Position numbers and translations under genes: made by a program. DNA of 63,202 nt, the filler included, from Perkinsus chesapeaki ATCC PRA-425 (Eukaryota > Protista > Perkinsozoa), in assembly GCA_013115145.1 (NCBI GenBank). It is 13 parts of 13 records of this genome, joined end to end, with 100 filler letters (N's around TTAATTAATTAA, not from the genome) between each part and the next. Parts side by side here need not be neighbours in the genome. Positions count along the whole stretch, not along the records: positions 2,981 to 25,410 come from JAAPAO010000581.1; positions 25,511 to 27,738 come from JAAPAO010001648.1; positions 27,839 to 29,391 come from JAAPAO010001901.1; positions 29,492 to 31,763 come from JAAPAO010001640.1; positions 31,864 to 43,498 come from JAAPAO010000841.1; 8 more parts are not named here. The stretch is one strand, 5' to 3'. Shown here piece after piece: positions 23,499 through 33,268 of this stretch (position 1 is its first letter; every line of letters begins with the position of its first letter). The notes under the pieces are model-generated. The model worked only from the letters and a program-made list of their open reading frames with translations. It had not been told where the DNA came from and ran no database searches.

Positions 23499-24605
23499 AT
23501 GGCGCCCTCATCCCCTGCCCGCTGGCGCGGTGTCATTCTTTGGCCTGTACTCGTCATCGCAGCTGCACTAACCACCTTGACTATTATACCACGGTTTAAC
23601 TTGCCATTGCTCCCCTTTAAAGCAAGGCTGAATAGCTCCTCCCTATCGAAGAAGAACGCTCTCATGGTTATATGTTTCGAGACACCTGAAGACCCAGCAA
23701 TGCTAGATGGATGTAAGGTGACTTTAGCTTCGTTTAGACGGACGAATCCTATCGACGACATCATACTCATTGCTCCTTCTTTGGAGCACATAGCCAGTCT
23801 CGGTAACCTAACGCGAGTTTTACGGATAAGTCTGGAACTTGTCGGTCTGGGCCCCTACGATTGTAAAGTTGATGAATCATGTAGCGAACTGCCCCTCTTT
23901 TCCTCTGGGTACGTTCACCACTATGATTATCCGTCCATTCCAAAGTTCATCGGGAACGCTCTTCGGCATGTCTGGTATGAAGAAGTCATTTCTCGTATTG
24001 GGGACTCCTATGATAAGATACTTATAGCCGATGGTAAAGATCTTTACTTTCAAGCTGACCCTTTCGAGATAACGAACCGTTTGGGGCAGACTTGCCTGGA
24101 TAAAATATGTCTGTTCTCCGAGCCCATCAGCGATCGCGTGGAAAAGTTCTTTATTAAGAAAACGACAAATCTTTCCCACTGCCTCCCGGAGAATGAAAGA
24201 AACCTTGTGATTCGAGATCGTCGTAGCGGGTATGCCAATGGTGGGGTCATCCTTGGCATGACCTCAGCACTCGGTGAGCTGAGTCGGAGCATCGTGGCGA
24301 GAGCAAATTATTGTGATTTTTGGCAAGCCGACCAACACTATCTCAACATTATTATATCATCCCAGGGGGTTAACTTCTATTTGTTCGAGAACGGTTCTGC
24401 CGGTTTGATGGCGAAGACGATCTTATCTCGATGGCGCTCATGGCCTAAATCTTCTGGGCTTTGGTTGCAGACTGCGGGTGCCTTGAAGGAACGAGAACCA
24501 TTGAGCTTTATTCATCAGTACCAGTGGGATGAAGATTTGCGAAGGCTTATACATACAGACATCGACGCATGGCTACGAATTAAACACGAAGAAAAATCGT
24601 ATTAA
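23499..24605 (+). CDS. Intronless type II membrane glycosyltransferase-like protein (GT-A fold)
   Basis: N-terminal TM segment; ILIADGKDLYFQADPF (DxxD.xFQ.DPF), ANGGVILG, ADQHYLN, FIHQY. Confidence 0.75.
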   Translation: MAPSSPARWRGVILWPVLVIAAALTTLTIIPRFNLPLLPFKARLNSSSLSKKNALMVICFETPEDPAMLDGCKVTLASFRRTNPIDDIILIAPSLEHIASLGNLTRVLRISLELVGLGPYDCKVDESCSELPLFSSGYVHHYDYPSIPKFIGNALRHVWYEEVISRIGDSYDKILIADGKDLYFQADPFEITNRLGQTCLDKICLFSEPISDRVEKFFIKKTTNLSHCLPENERNLVIRDRRSGYANGGVILGMTSALGELSRSIVARANYCDFWQADQHYLNIIISSQGVNFYLFENGSAGLMAKTILSRWRSWPKSSGLWLQTAGALKEREPLSFIHQYQWDEDLRRLIHTDIDAWLRIKHEEKSY

Positions 24606-25510
24606 AAGCAAGCTGTTGGGTTGGTGATTCGCGAATGATTGTGTTAGCGTCTATTATCTCCTCATCATCAGGACTTATGTTCCCTTCGGTTTGCATCATA
24701 TAACGTGTTCATCAGGTAAGCGGGCACCTCAGATCGCTTCACGCGAAATACGGCCTGCATACATTCCTTGCTCGCAATTAACACAGGCCAAGTGATGGTA
24801 ACGCGAAGTGTCCAGCAGAAATTCGGAGACATCAGCGAAGTGTCGATGCACGTTGCTTGTGCTCTGGTCTTTGTTCTCGTTTTTACACATGTTACTACAA
24901 TATGAGAGCTCAAGGTGAGTGAGAGCATTTACGGTGGGCCTAGTTCTCTCAACTGGCCGACGGCCAGTAGAGTACGGCCGCTGCCGTAGGCTGCGACACA
25001 TCGATGCGTTAATAATTCCTACAGTTAGTAAGATACTAATACATACAACCTTGATAATACAACCTTCAGTTCGGTTGTATCGTTAGAAGTATCATCGCAT
25101 TCTACGTGAACCCAAGGCATAGAATGGCTGTAGAAGAAGGGAATATGTAGTCGCATTCTTGCACTGTCCATGATATAGACTGCATTAACAGTTAGACATT
25201 CGTCACAATAGTTGTCCCATAAACATCGCGGAACCTCAGCAGCTGAGGCTCAGCTTAGCTATTACTCCCCGCGGGATATTTGTTCTATCTCTTCATCTGG
25301 TTTGTAGGTGTTCTATACATTACATACTTCACGCTCGTACACGTTTACCAAGGTCCAAGCACAACCTAACTAATGTCATTGGGGAGAGCGCTGGTCGTGC
25401 CTAGGCCTTANNNNNNNNNNNNNNNNNNNNNNNNNNNNNNNNNNNNNNNNNNNNTTAATTAATTAANNNNNNNNNNNNNNNNNNNNNNNNNNNNNNNNNN
25501 NNNNNNNNNN

Positions 25511-26359
25511 CGTCGTTTTCGAAAGTGCTCCGAGACCCTCGGCCCATTTGCCGAGGTCGCTACGGCGGCCTCCGGCCCGCGCCTCACCGCCAGGGAGGAA
25601 AGGCCGGGTAAAGATTTCTTGACGAACCAGCGTGAGCCAGCCGGAAACCTCCTCTCTAGAGTGTGGGCTATTGAAGATGCAATGCATGATGCCGAGGGAG
25701 CTGCTACCACACGCTTACAGAAACTACAGCAGGCTAGTGAAGAACCATGCGGCTGCGACAACCTGACGGAAAACGCCATGCTCGAAATCCTCTCACGAAA
25801 TGGTATACAGCCTACTCGCTTTTGCACTCTAATCACAAATCTCCTTTGCACAGGGCGCAGCAGAAATGCTAATATTGCTCTTGCTGGAGGGAGTGGTTGT
25901 GGCAAAAGCTACTTGGTGAAGCACCTCGCCGATATTTATAGGAGCTTGGGCACTCTTGGGTCTGACAGCTATCCGCTAGCCATCTTAGTAGAGAAAAACG
26001 TGGAGATATTTATCCTCGACGACTTTCGCTACAACCCGAAGCAGATTGGTTTCTGTTTATCTGATGCCTTGCCATTTTTCGAAGGGAAAAGACAATTAAC
26101 TATTACTCTTCCGAAATCTGGCAACAGGTGTGATACTGTCTACGAGAACGACGCACCGGTGATAATCACCGTTCCTACTCGATTCCACTGCAAAGATCTA
26201 TCTGCAGATGATAATGACATGCTCAACCAGCGCTTTACATGGCTCAGTCTAGGTAATCCTTTGAGTCTGGCAACCAGAAAAGACCTCCCGGCATGCGGAC
26301 CTTGCTTTGCGAAGTTTGTCTTACGAAACAGCACTCTATCATGCGTTCGCAAGCTCTAG
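25511..26359 (+). mobile_element. Parvovirus-NS1/Rep-like superfamily 3 helicase, 5'-truncated by the gap
   Basis: Frame open from 25511. Walker A GGSGCGKS, Walker B ILDDF, FEG...LPK, PVIITV (motif C region), MLNQRF (Arg finger), C-terminal PACGPCF. Confidence 0.85.
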
Positions 26360-26839
26360 AACTATAGTGGCACTACTGGTGGTCAAAACCGTGTATTTGT
26401 ACAGAAAAATATGAGTATGTCTTAGATTCTTGTCCATCCTTATTTTCTGTTGGGTTGAGTGGGGGACGCTTCACATCATTCCATTTTTGTAGGTTTATTT
26501 CGGTGAATGGCCAGCAAGACTTCCAGATCCTATGCCTTCTCGAGCTCATCCACTGCACCCAAACGCAAAAGTGAGTCACAACAGATAGACTAATAGCGCA
26601 CAGCCCTAACACAAATCAGTAGAACAGTGTAGCTCAGTAGAAAAGGGGAGTGGCGGATACCGCAACTATAGTAGAGAATCTCTACTAGAGATGGACAAAG
26701 GGTCGAATGTGAACGAACATGACACAAAGTATTTTTCGCTCGCCGAGCGGGAATCTTTTGGGCTTGGCCATTAGTCCTACAGTGTGCGAGCACACTGGGC
26801 ACACAGAGTACAGTGTGTACCTACAGCAGCCCCCATCAC

Positions 26840-26911
26840 CCCCTCTCCAATGTTGAAAGCCGGTATACTGCATGAAGGTAGAACGTGTTAGTATACAACA
26901 TTGGAGAGGGG
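26840..26911. repeat. Stem-loop with a 16-bp perfect stem downstream of the Rep-like ORF
   Basis: CCCCTCTCCAATGTTG (26840-26855) pairs with CAACATTGGAGAGGGG (26896-26911). Confidence 0.9.
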
Positions 26912-27137
26912 TGTGGGGGACGCGCGTTGCTGAGTCATAATTTTGCGATTGACTGGCTTCTCCGGCGAGCGCGGCAACGACACACACGATACGTCTTTAG
27001 ACGGAAAAATCTATCAAAATCTACGGTAATAATTACGTTCTTGTTAGGTAGCGACTAATAGGACCACAGTCACTTATATCAGATAGGGAGAACACTCTCT
27101 GTCTTACCATTGGCGTAGACTTCAATAGAGGCTGACA

Positions 27138-27167
27138 AAGCGATATATTATATACGATATATCGCTT
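27138..27167. repeat. Hairpin with 11-bp stem and 8-nt loop
   Basis: AAGCGATATAT-TATATACG-ATATATCGCTT. Confidence 0.92.
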
Positions 27168-27307
27168 CTTAACCCTACTTAACATTACGAGTCTACGGGA
27201 AAATGAAACTTAGAGGGAATGGCGTACAGTATCTAACTTAGATTAGCCTAGGCAGTGTAGATATGACACGGAAAATTGACATTTCAGATACATCTGATAG
27301 GGAGCCA

Positions 27308-27738
27308 TTACAGGGGTGGAGGGCAATCTATGCGTTCGAGCACAGTCAGATTTCCATCAATCGTTGCGTTGAACACGAATTCCAAGTTAATCGGGTGGTG
27401 TTGCCATTTAAAGCCGAAACCAACATATGGATATTGAGTAGTATTAGGTAAGGCTGGTTCAAGCCCAATATAGGGATGCTGATCGGAATAGTACATGGAA
27501 TAGGTCAATTTATAAAATGATAAGACAAGCCCATGATCGCTTGTCAAGAAACCAGTGATGCCGATCGTATCCAGCCAAAGGCTTCCATGACTTCCTGGCC
27601 GAGGACCACCCCCAAGAGGGCAAGCTCCATAGACTTTGTAGGCTGTCGGCGTCGGCGTCGGCGTTGGCGTTGGCGTTGGCGTTGGCGTTGGCGTTGGCGT
27701 TGGCGTTGGCGTTGGCGTTGGCGTTGGCGTTGGCGTTG
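27308..27738 (-). CDS. C-terminal part of a protein with a (Pro-Thr)n linker; 5'-truncated
   Basis: The minus frame is open from the gap: (PT)n-AYKVYGACPLGG...ERIDCPPPL*. Confidence 0.65.
27646..27738. repeat. (GGCGTT)n / (GGCGTC)n hexamer microsatellite
   Basis: Directly visible, running into the gap. Confidence 0.97.
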
Positions 27739-27840
27739 NNNNNNNNNNNNNNNNNNNNNNNNNNNNNNNNNNNNNNNNNNNNTTAATTAATTAANNNNNN
27801 NNNNNNNNNNNNNNNNNNNNNNNNNNNNNNNNNNNNNNCG

Positions 27841-29391
27841 GTGGACTTAACGTTTCTCCTGGTGCCGCAATGCAATCCATCGGTCATCATTGGGCGCAAC
27901 ATGTTCTCTACCCTTGGTGTGCAACTCTACTCGAGAAAGATCTCTGTCGGTAACGCCCTCAATCAGCAGTCTGTTTCGACCCAAACCTCAGCGACGGTCG
28001 ACACCACTAATGCTATTAATCTCATATGCTCCAGAGCGGTGACTTGCGCGACAACACCACTCATAGAGCGGATCACTGAAGACGGTCAACCACGTCTGCT
28101 TGCACACCTACCGGCAATTGAGAACGCCAATGTGTACCCTTATCGAGCCGCTAAAAGACGCCGCCCCCCTGCTGATGACGCCATCATTCACAGCAAGCTT
28201 CTGGAGATGTCTACTCTAGGCAAAGTTGCCAAGGCCCAGGACAAGGAGGTCACTGTTGTCTGCCAACCGGTTCTCATCGACAAGTGGGACAAGGCCGACG
28301 GTACGTGCACGGCGCGCGTCTTTCCTCTTTCCAAGACTGAGCTCAAGCGCTACCGCCTGACCGTCGACTGCCGCCCATTAAACAACCTCAAGCTCTTGGC
28401 TGACGCCGACGGCAAATTCCTCTTCGTGCCCACTAACGCCAGTGGTCAGGACAACACCTGCAAAGGCAACGAGGAGCACGTCTACAAGCAGTATCAACGC
28501 GGAGCCACTGTGCTGCTCCGTGACATTCCTGGTGACCATCTGGGATACTGGAGTAAGGTCGATCTCGAGGACGCCTACGGCACACTCAGAGTGCCCAGTT
28601 CTCTATCTCGCCTATTCGGTACGGTCAGCACTGGTCCCAACGGTCAGCAATATGTCTGGGTCCTAAGGACTCTCGCTCAAGGTTGGCGATGGGCACCACT
28701 ACTATTTCAGCTGGCTATGACCACTATCATCGACGAGGACATCAACCCAGTACTGGCAAAGGCTGGCCTTAATGCCTCAGTCATTCATGTGCAAGACGAT
28801 GTTCTGATCTCAAGCTCCGACATCGACACCGGTAACAAGGCCTTTATCATTGTCATCAACATCTTGGAGAAGCATGCTGGCTTTACTGTCAATAGGGAGA
28901 AATCCCAAGAGCCCGCTGAAATCACCAGTTTCTGTGGTCTCCAACTTTACCGTGATACTTACAGACCGACTCCAAGCAGGAGGGAGTTTACTGATGCCAC
29001 CTATAATTGGGCTCTCCAGGACTTCATCAACTGCAACCCAGTAAAGGGCAAGCGTGGCAAGAAGAAGGCTCCTACGACTGGTGATCTAGTTCGAGACCGA
29101 CGACTTCAGTGGCTTAGAAGCTGGTGCGGTGTATTCAACTATCTCAGTGGGCACCTCTCCCCAGAAGCACAGCGATCTCTCAATGAGCTGTATTCGGTCA
29201 GTAAGATCTACCAGGACAGCAACTCCACTGCCGAGGACTTTGACGATACTGTCAAGACCGTCTCATCAGCATTCCGGGTTCTGTCTGACTTCTACCTTAG
29301 TGGTGTGATACCCTGTGCGATTGGTAACGATGGCATCGCCACACTTATTGTTTCTGATGCCAATGCTGACTCGTACGGTGGTATACTACTC
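27841..29391 (+). mobile_element. Ty3/Gypsy-like pol fragment (protease end, RT, RNase H start)
   Basis: SVIIGRN (protease end), RLTVDCRPLN, SKVDLEDAY, LAQGWRWAP, HVQDDVLI, FTVNREKS, LIVSDANADSYGGIL. Open across the whole contig. Confidence 0.88.
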
Positions 29392-29491
29392 NNNNNNNNN
29401 NNNNNNNNNNNNNNNNNNNNNNNNNNNNNNNNNNNTTAATTAATTAANNNNNNNNNNNNNNNNNNNNNNNNNNNNNNNNNNNNNNNNNNNN

Positions 29492-29911
29492 TGCATGTTT
29501 CCTTTGCGTTGATCAGAGCCTTACGGCGACCCCAAGGGACATTGTGTCTTCGACTTTTACACAGAAATGGTCGCCAACTGTACATGCCCAACCGGGGAGA
29601 TCCCTCTGACCCTTGGAGTAAGCATGTTACTCTCAGTTCGTTATATCAGTGAATCTCCTATGTCAGAACAACCAGCACATCTGTGGCCCCTCCTCTTTCA
29701 GTACGACTCTGATTGCCCCAAGCCACCCGACGGTATTACAGCTGTACCTGAGTGTCTCGTTGCTCGCATGTCGACGGCTTGTCAGCTGGATCGTAAAAGC
29801 CAGCAAGTAAAACAATAAATCACCAATTCGGTTATAACCAGAAATGTCTTTTGATAGGACTGTGCAAGCGGGCGTAACTGTGCGGGTGGTTTGTGTGTCT
29901 TCAGCGGCTGA
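29492..29911 (+). pseudogene. Cys-rich small protein, paralogue A, frameshifted
   Basis: Same exon structure as 31040-31593, but the middle exon is 1 nt shorter before TCTGATTGC and has lost Cys codons. Confidence 0.7.
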
Positions 29912-31039
29912 AGTTCAGCCACTGACACCGTGCGTGGGGAATCCCTGCGTCTACAGCTCCAGAAGATTCTGGCATTGTACATTCTCTTACAAGAGAATGC
30001 CAGAGAATCTTACAAGAAACACACATCTTTGCAAACTCTATGAGGAACCTTTCATTGAAGTGTCAGGGATGTACCGTTCACATTTTATTGTACGAGACTT
30101 CGTGCCGCAAACTATCGCGGCTTCACATGGTGAATTATTTGTCCTGTATTCACCGTGAATCTTATGTTCACTATAGTGTCGCGTTGAACGGTTAATAGTG
30201 ATCTATTACTCTGCCCCGGATCCGGCACACTCGCCTCCAATAAGCCAGCTAATGTTCAACACATTATTCGAGCTTCTGTTGGGTCCCCTGGTGTCACCGG
30301 ACAGGTGACATCGGGAGAGATCAAGTGGAGATAACAATTCTCAGCTCCCTACCCTGGCTAAGTTATACCAGAATCATAGCACGATTGATCTAGTACTAGT
30401 TCACATAGGATGATCTAGCCAATACTGTGAAATACTCCAGCTAATACCAATGACCCCTCCTGCAGTGTCAGGGGTCGGAGCGCCTGCTGTCTGCAGAGTA
30501 GCCTGTTGTCTACCCTTCTGAGAAGGGCCTTCTCGATTCTTATTTGTTGAAAACCTCGAGATGGCGAGGGCGGCTTGGATGAATCTGGCGGTCTCACGAG
30601 GCTGTATTCAATACAGTATATTGGGCTATTTAGCAGGTTACCTGTTTGAGGAGGTTTCGTTTATTCGAGGACCTGTTCCCCAACAAGCGAACTATCAGCC
30701 CACAGGCGCGATGCGCCCCTCCATGGTTGCAATGTGCTTAGCTTAGGCGAGGAGCTTGCGTGCAAAAGAACACTGTCATCTACTCTTCCAGTATTTGTAG
30801 GCGCTGTGTTTAACATTGTTCCTCGCATTATCGTTATCACCTACCTTTCTGAATGAGTGACTAAAACATCTCCGAAGTGTTCGAATTGTCACTAGGGAGG
30901 CTCGGTCTATAGGCACAAGACGGTACAATTTCTTTACGACTATGGTATCTTGGGACTTTTTATGTAGTTATCATGAAGCAAGCATTCCTTATTGTCACCC
31001 TCCACCTGATCCTCCCCGAATGCAGCGGCGTCTCTGGAA

Positions 31040-31593
31040 ATGAAGGTGGGCATGTCATTGAATAAGAACGTTGGGATCACTCTCATAGAAAATGCTATAT
31101 CTCCTGCTTGCCCGGAGTTCACTGTACCGTGTTAGATGAACTCACAGATTTGGATCGCTACTATACATACATGTCGCTCCTGTGTTACTCAGCTCCTTAC
31201 GGCGACCCCAAGGGACATTGTGTCTTTGACCCTCACACAGGGCTGGTCAACAACTGTACATGCCCAACCGGGGAGATCCCTCTGAGCCTTGGGGTAAGAG
31301 GGATGCACGTTACTCTCAGTTCGTTATATCAGTGAGTCTCTTATGTCAGGATAACAAGCAAATCTGTGGTCCGTCCCCTTGCGACGTCAACTCTGATTGC
31401 CCAAAGGCACCCAAAGATGCTACAGCTATACCTGAGTGCCTCGTTGCTCCGGTGCCGACAGCTTGCAAGCTGGATTGCAGGAACCAGGAAGTGAAGCAGT
31501 ACATCACCCTTTCGGTCATCACGGTCTCGCTTTTGTTAGAAGTGTGGAAGCGGGCGTACATGTGTCGGTGGTTTGTGCAGTTTCGTCCACTGA
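31040..31593 (+). CDS. Cys-rich small, probably secreted protein, paralogue B
   Basis: Spliced PYGDPKGHCVFDPHTGLVNNCTCPTGEIPLSLG|DNKQICGPSPCDVNSDCPKAPKDATAIPECLVAPVPTACKLDCRNQE|KCGSGRTCVGGLCSFVH*. The 5' exon structure is ambiguous. Confidence 0.75.
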
Positions 31594-31863
31594 CACCGTG
31601 CGTGAGGAATCCCTGCGTCCACAGCCTCAGATTCTGCCATTTTACACTCTCCTAAGGTGCAGTTGCATTATGTACAGCTATATTATATGGAGATCAACTA
31701 TTGTTTAGGTACATTATATACAGTGGGCCGCGTAGGCCTAATATATTACGAACTCTATTACAANNNNNNNNNNNNNNNNNNNNNNNNNNNNNNNNNNNNN
31801 NNNNNNNTTAATTAATTAANNNNNNNNNNNNNNNNNNNNNNNNNNNNNNNNNNNNNNNNNNNN

Positions 31864-31942
31864 CTTCGGGGTTCTCCATGGCAGCACGGAAAACCAAACG
31901 GCCAATACGACCGAAACCATTGATACCGAGTTGGCAAACCAT
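31864..31942 (-). CDS. GAPDH: Glyceraldehyde-3-phosphate dehydrogenase, 5' fragment
   Basis: [26 protein letters not shown], cut by the gap. Confidence 0.95.
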
Positions 31943-32318
31943 TATGATGATAAAAGATAAACTGTTTTATTGCAGTTTGGTGGTTTATCGAACCCCTTAG
32001 GAACGTGCAGCGCCTTAGCTCAGCGGCGCACTTCTTTTGTGTCGATGTGTCCCATCCCATGTTTTGCTGCATTCTTACTTTTCTGCACATTCTATTCGAG
32101 GCGTTTGTAAATATTATCACTAGAAAGATAAACTGCAAGTTAACGCGTGATCCTTCTAGGGTATGATGCTCATCAAATATGTTACCCCGGCCGGCTTGTG
32201 ACATCTCAGCGTGGCAATCTGGAAGTCGAGGCATACGGAGTAGGCCATCGACAGCTCCTAACGCAGCTCAGCCTACTCATATGTTAATTACTAAGTGAGA
32301 CAGTTACAACACTTTGCT

Positions 32319-32850
32319 TCAGTCGAACTCTGACACTCGTAGGAATTTGAAACCGGCTTCGACAAATCTGGAACGACCAGCACTTTCGTCGCACACTGTG
32401 CAAAGGCCCACATCTGTGCCTGCGTATTCGTCAAGAAGGAAAGCGAGACCTTTCACTGCCCCAGAGAGAATATCACAGCCGAGGTGATTGAGTAACTGGA
32501 TATGATTTAGCGAGCACTTCGTTAGGTTCAAAGCAGTTACCACATCCAAAGGATTCGATATTGATGTTATAATTCCTGAGCTCCCGTTTACAGTGAGCAT
32601 GACAGAAGAGGAATACATCGACGTTATTTGTATTCCATCGCGAGTTAGGCGTTCGCATCAAACGCTGTGGGGTAAGAAGCATTAAGATCCACGTACCATA
32701 ACCACACCAATTGTAGGTCTGTTACAAAGGAGCCCTCCGCCCACGAATTGTGCTGCCAATGTTGCAGCTGATCGATCCCAAAGTCCAGTCGCCAAACAGG
32801 TTCCGCAAACCTTTGTAACATATCACAACGGGGACCACACAATACCAATG
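32319..32850 (-). CDS. Hypothetical spliced gene; unresolved
   Basis: Overlapping ORF pieces with plausible composition, ending ...EAGFKFLRVSEFD*. No domain recognised. Confidence 0.3.
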
Positions 32851-33089
32851 CGTTATCTCACAGGAGATGGACTAACAAAAGGAATGCGACGGGGCCCTCA
32901 TAAACGATGGATAGAGTTTCGTGATAGTCAGCGGTAGCGTGATTTACTGATATCTACCACTGCTAGCGGTGACTATCATGATGATATGACGCGTATTATG
33001 GACGGTGTACCAATTGCTCACGGCATTACTTGTCCTCCTGATTCGCGTTAGTGACACCGCAACTAAATTGTTGAACACATCTTGGCACA

Positions 33090-33161
33090 GCCGGTTTAGC
33101 TTAGTGGTAGAGCGTCAGTCTTGTAAACTGAAGGTCGGCGGTTCGATCCCGCCATCCGGCT
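33090..33161 (+). tRNA. tRNA-Thr (UGU)
   Basis: GCCGGTTTAGCTTAGTGGTAGAGCGTCAGTCTTGTAAACTGAAGGTCGGCGGTTCGATCCCGCCATCCGGCT. Full cloverleaf, anticodon TGT, one T-T mismatch in the acceptor stem. Confidence 0.95.
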
Positions 33162-33268
33162 ATCACTCCTTGAGTTGAAGATACTCCTTTTAGAATGTCT
33201 TAAGTATTACTTTCTTTAATACAGTACACGCACACTGGCGAACACAACCGTATGCTGTTTGGAAGCAA

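Noticed and set aside
27533-27738. Arg/Trp-rich (RW)n ORF as an ssDNA virus capsid N-terminus
   Set aside because: It is the perfect hexamer microsatellite read on the other strand; the minus-strand (PT)n frame continues into a plausible domain. It is also not a canonical telomere repeat.
33076-33089. ACATCTTGGCACAG as a spliced-leader relic
   Set aside because: Only a 9-nt match to the Perkinsus/dinoflagellate leader core; no full SL copy was seen in the window.
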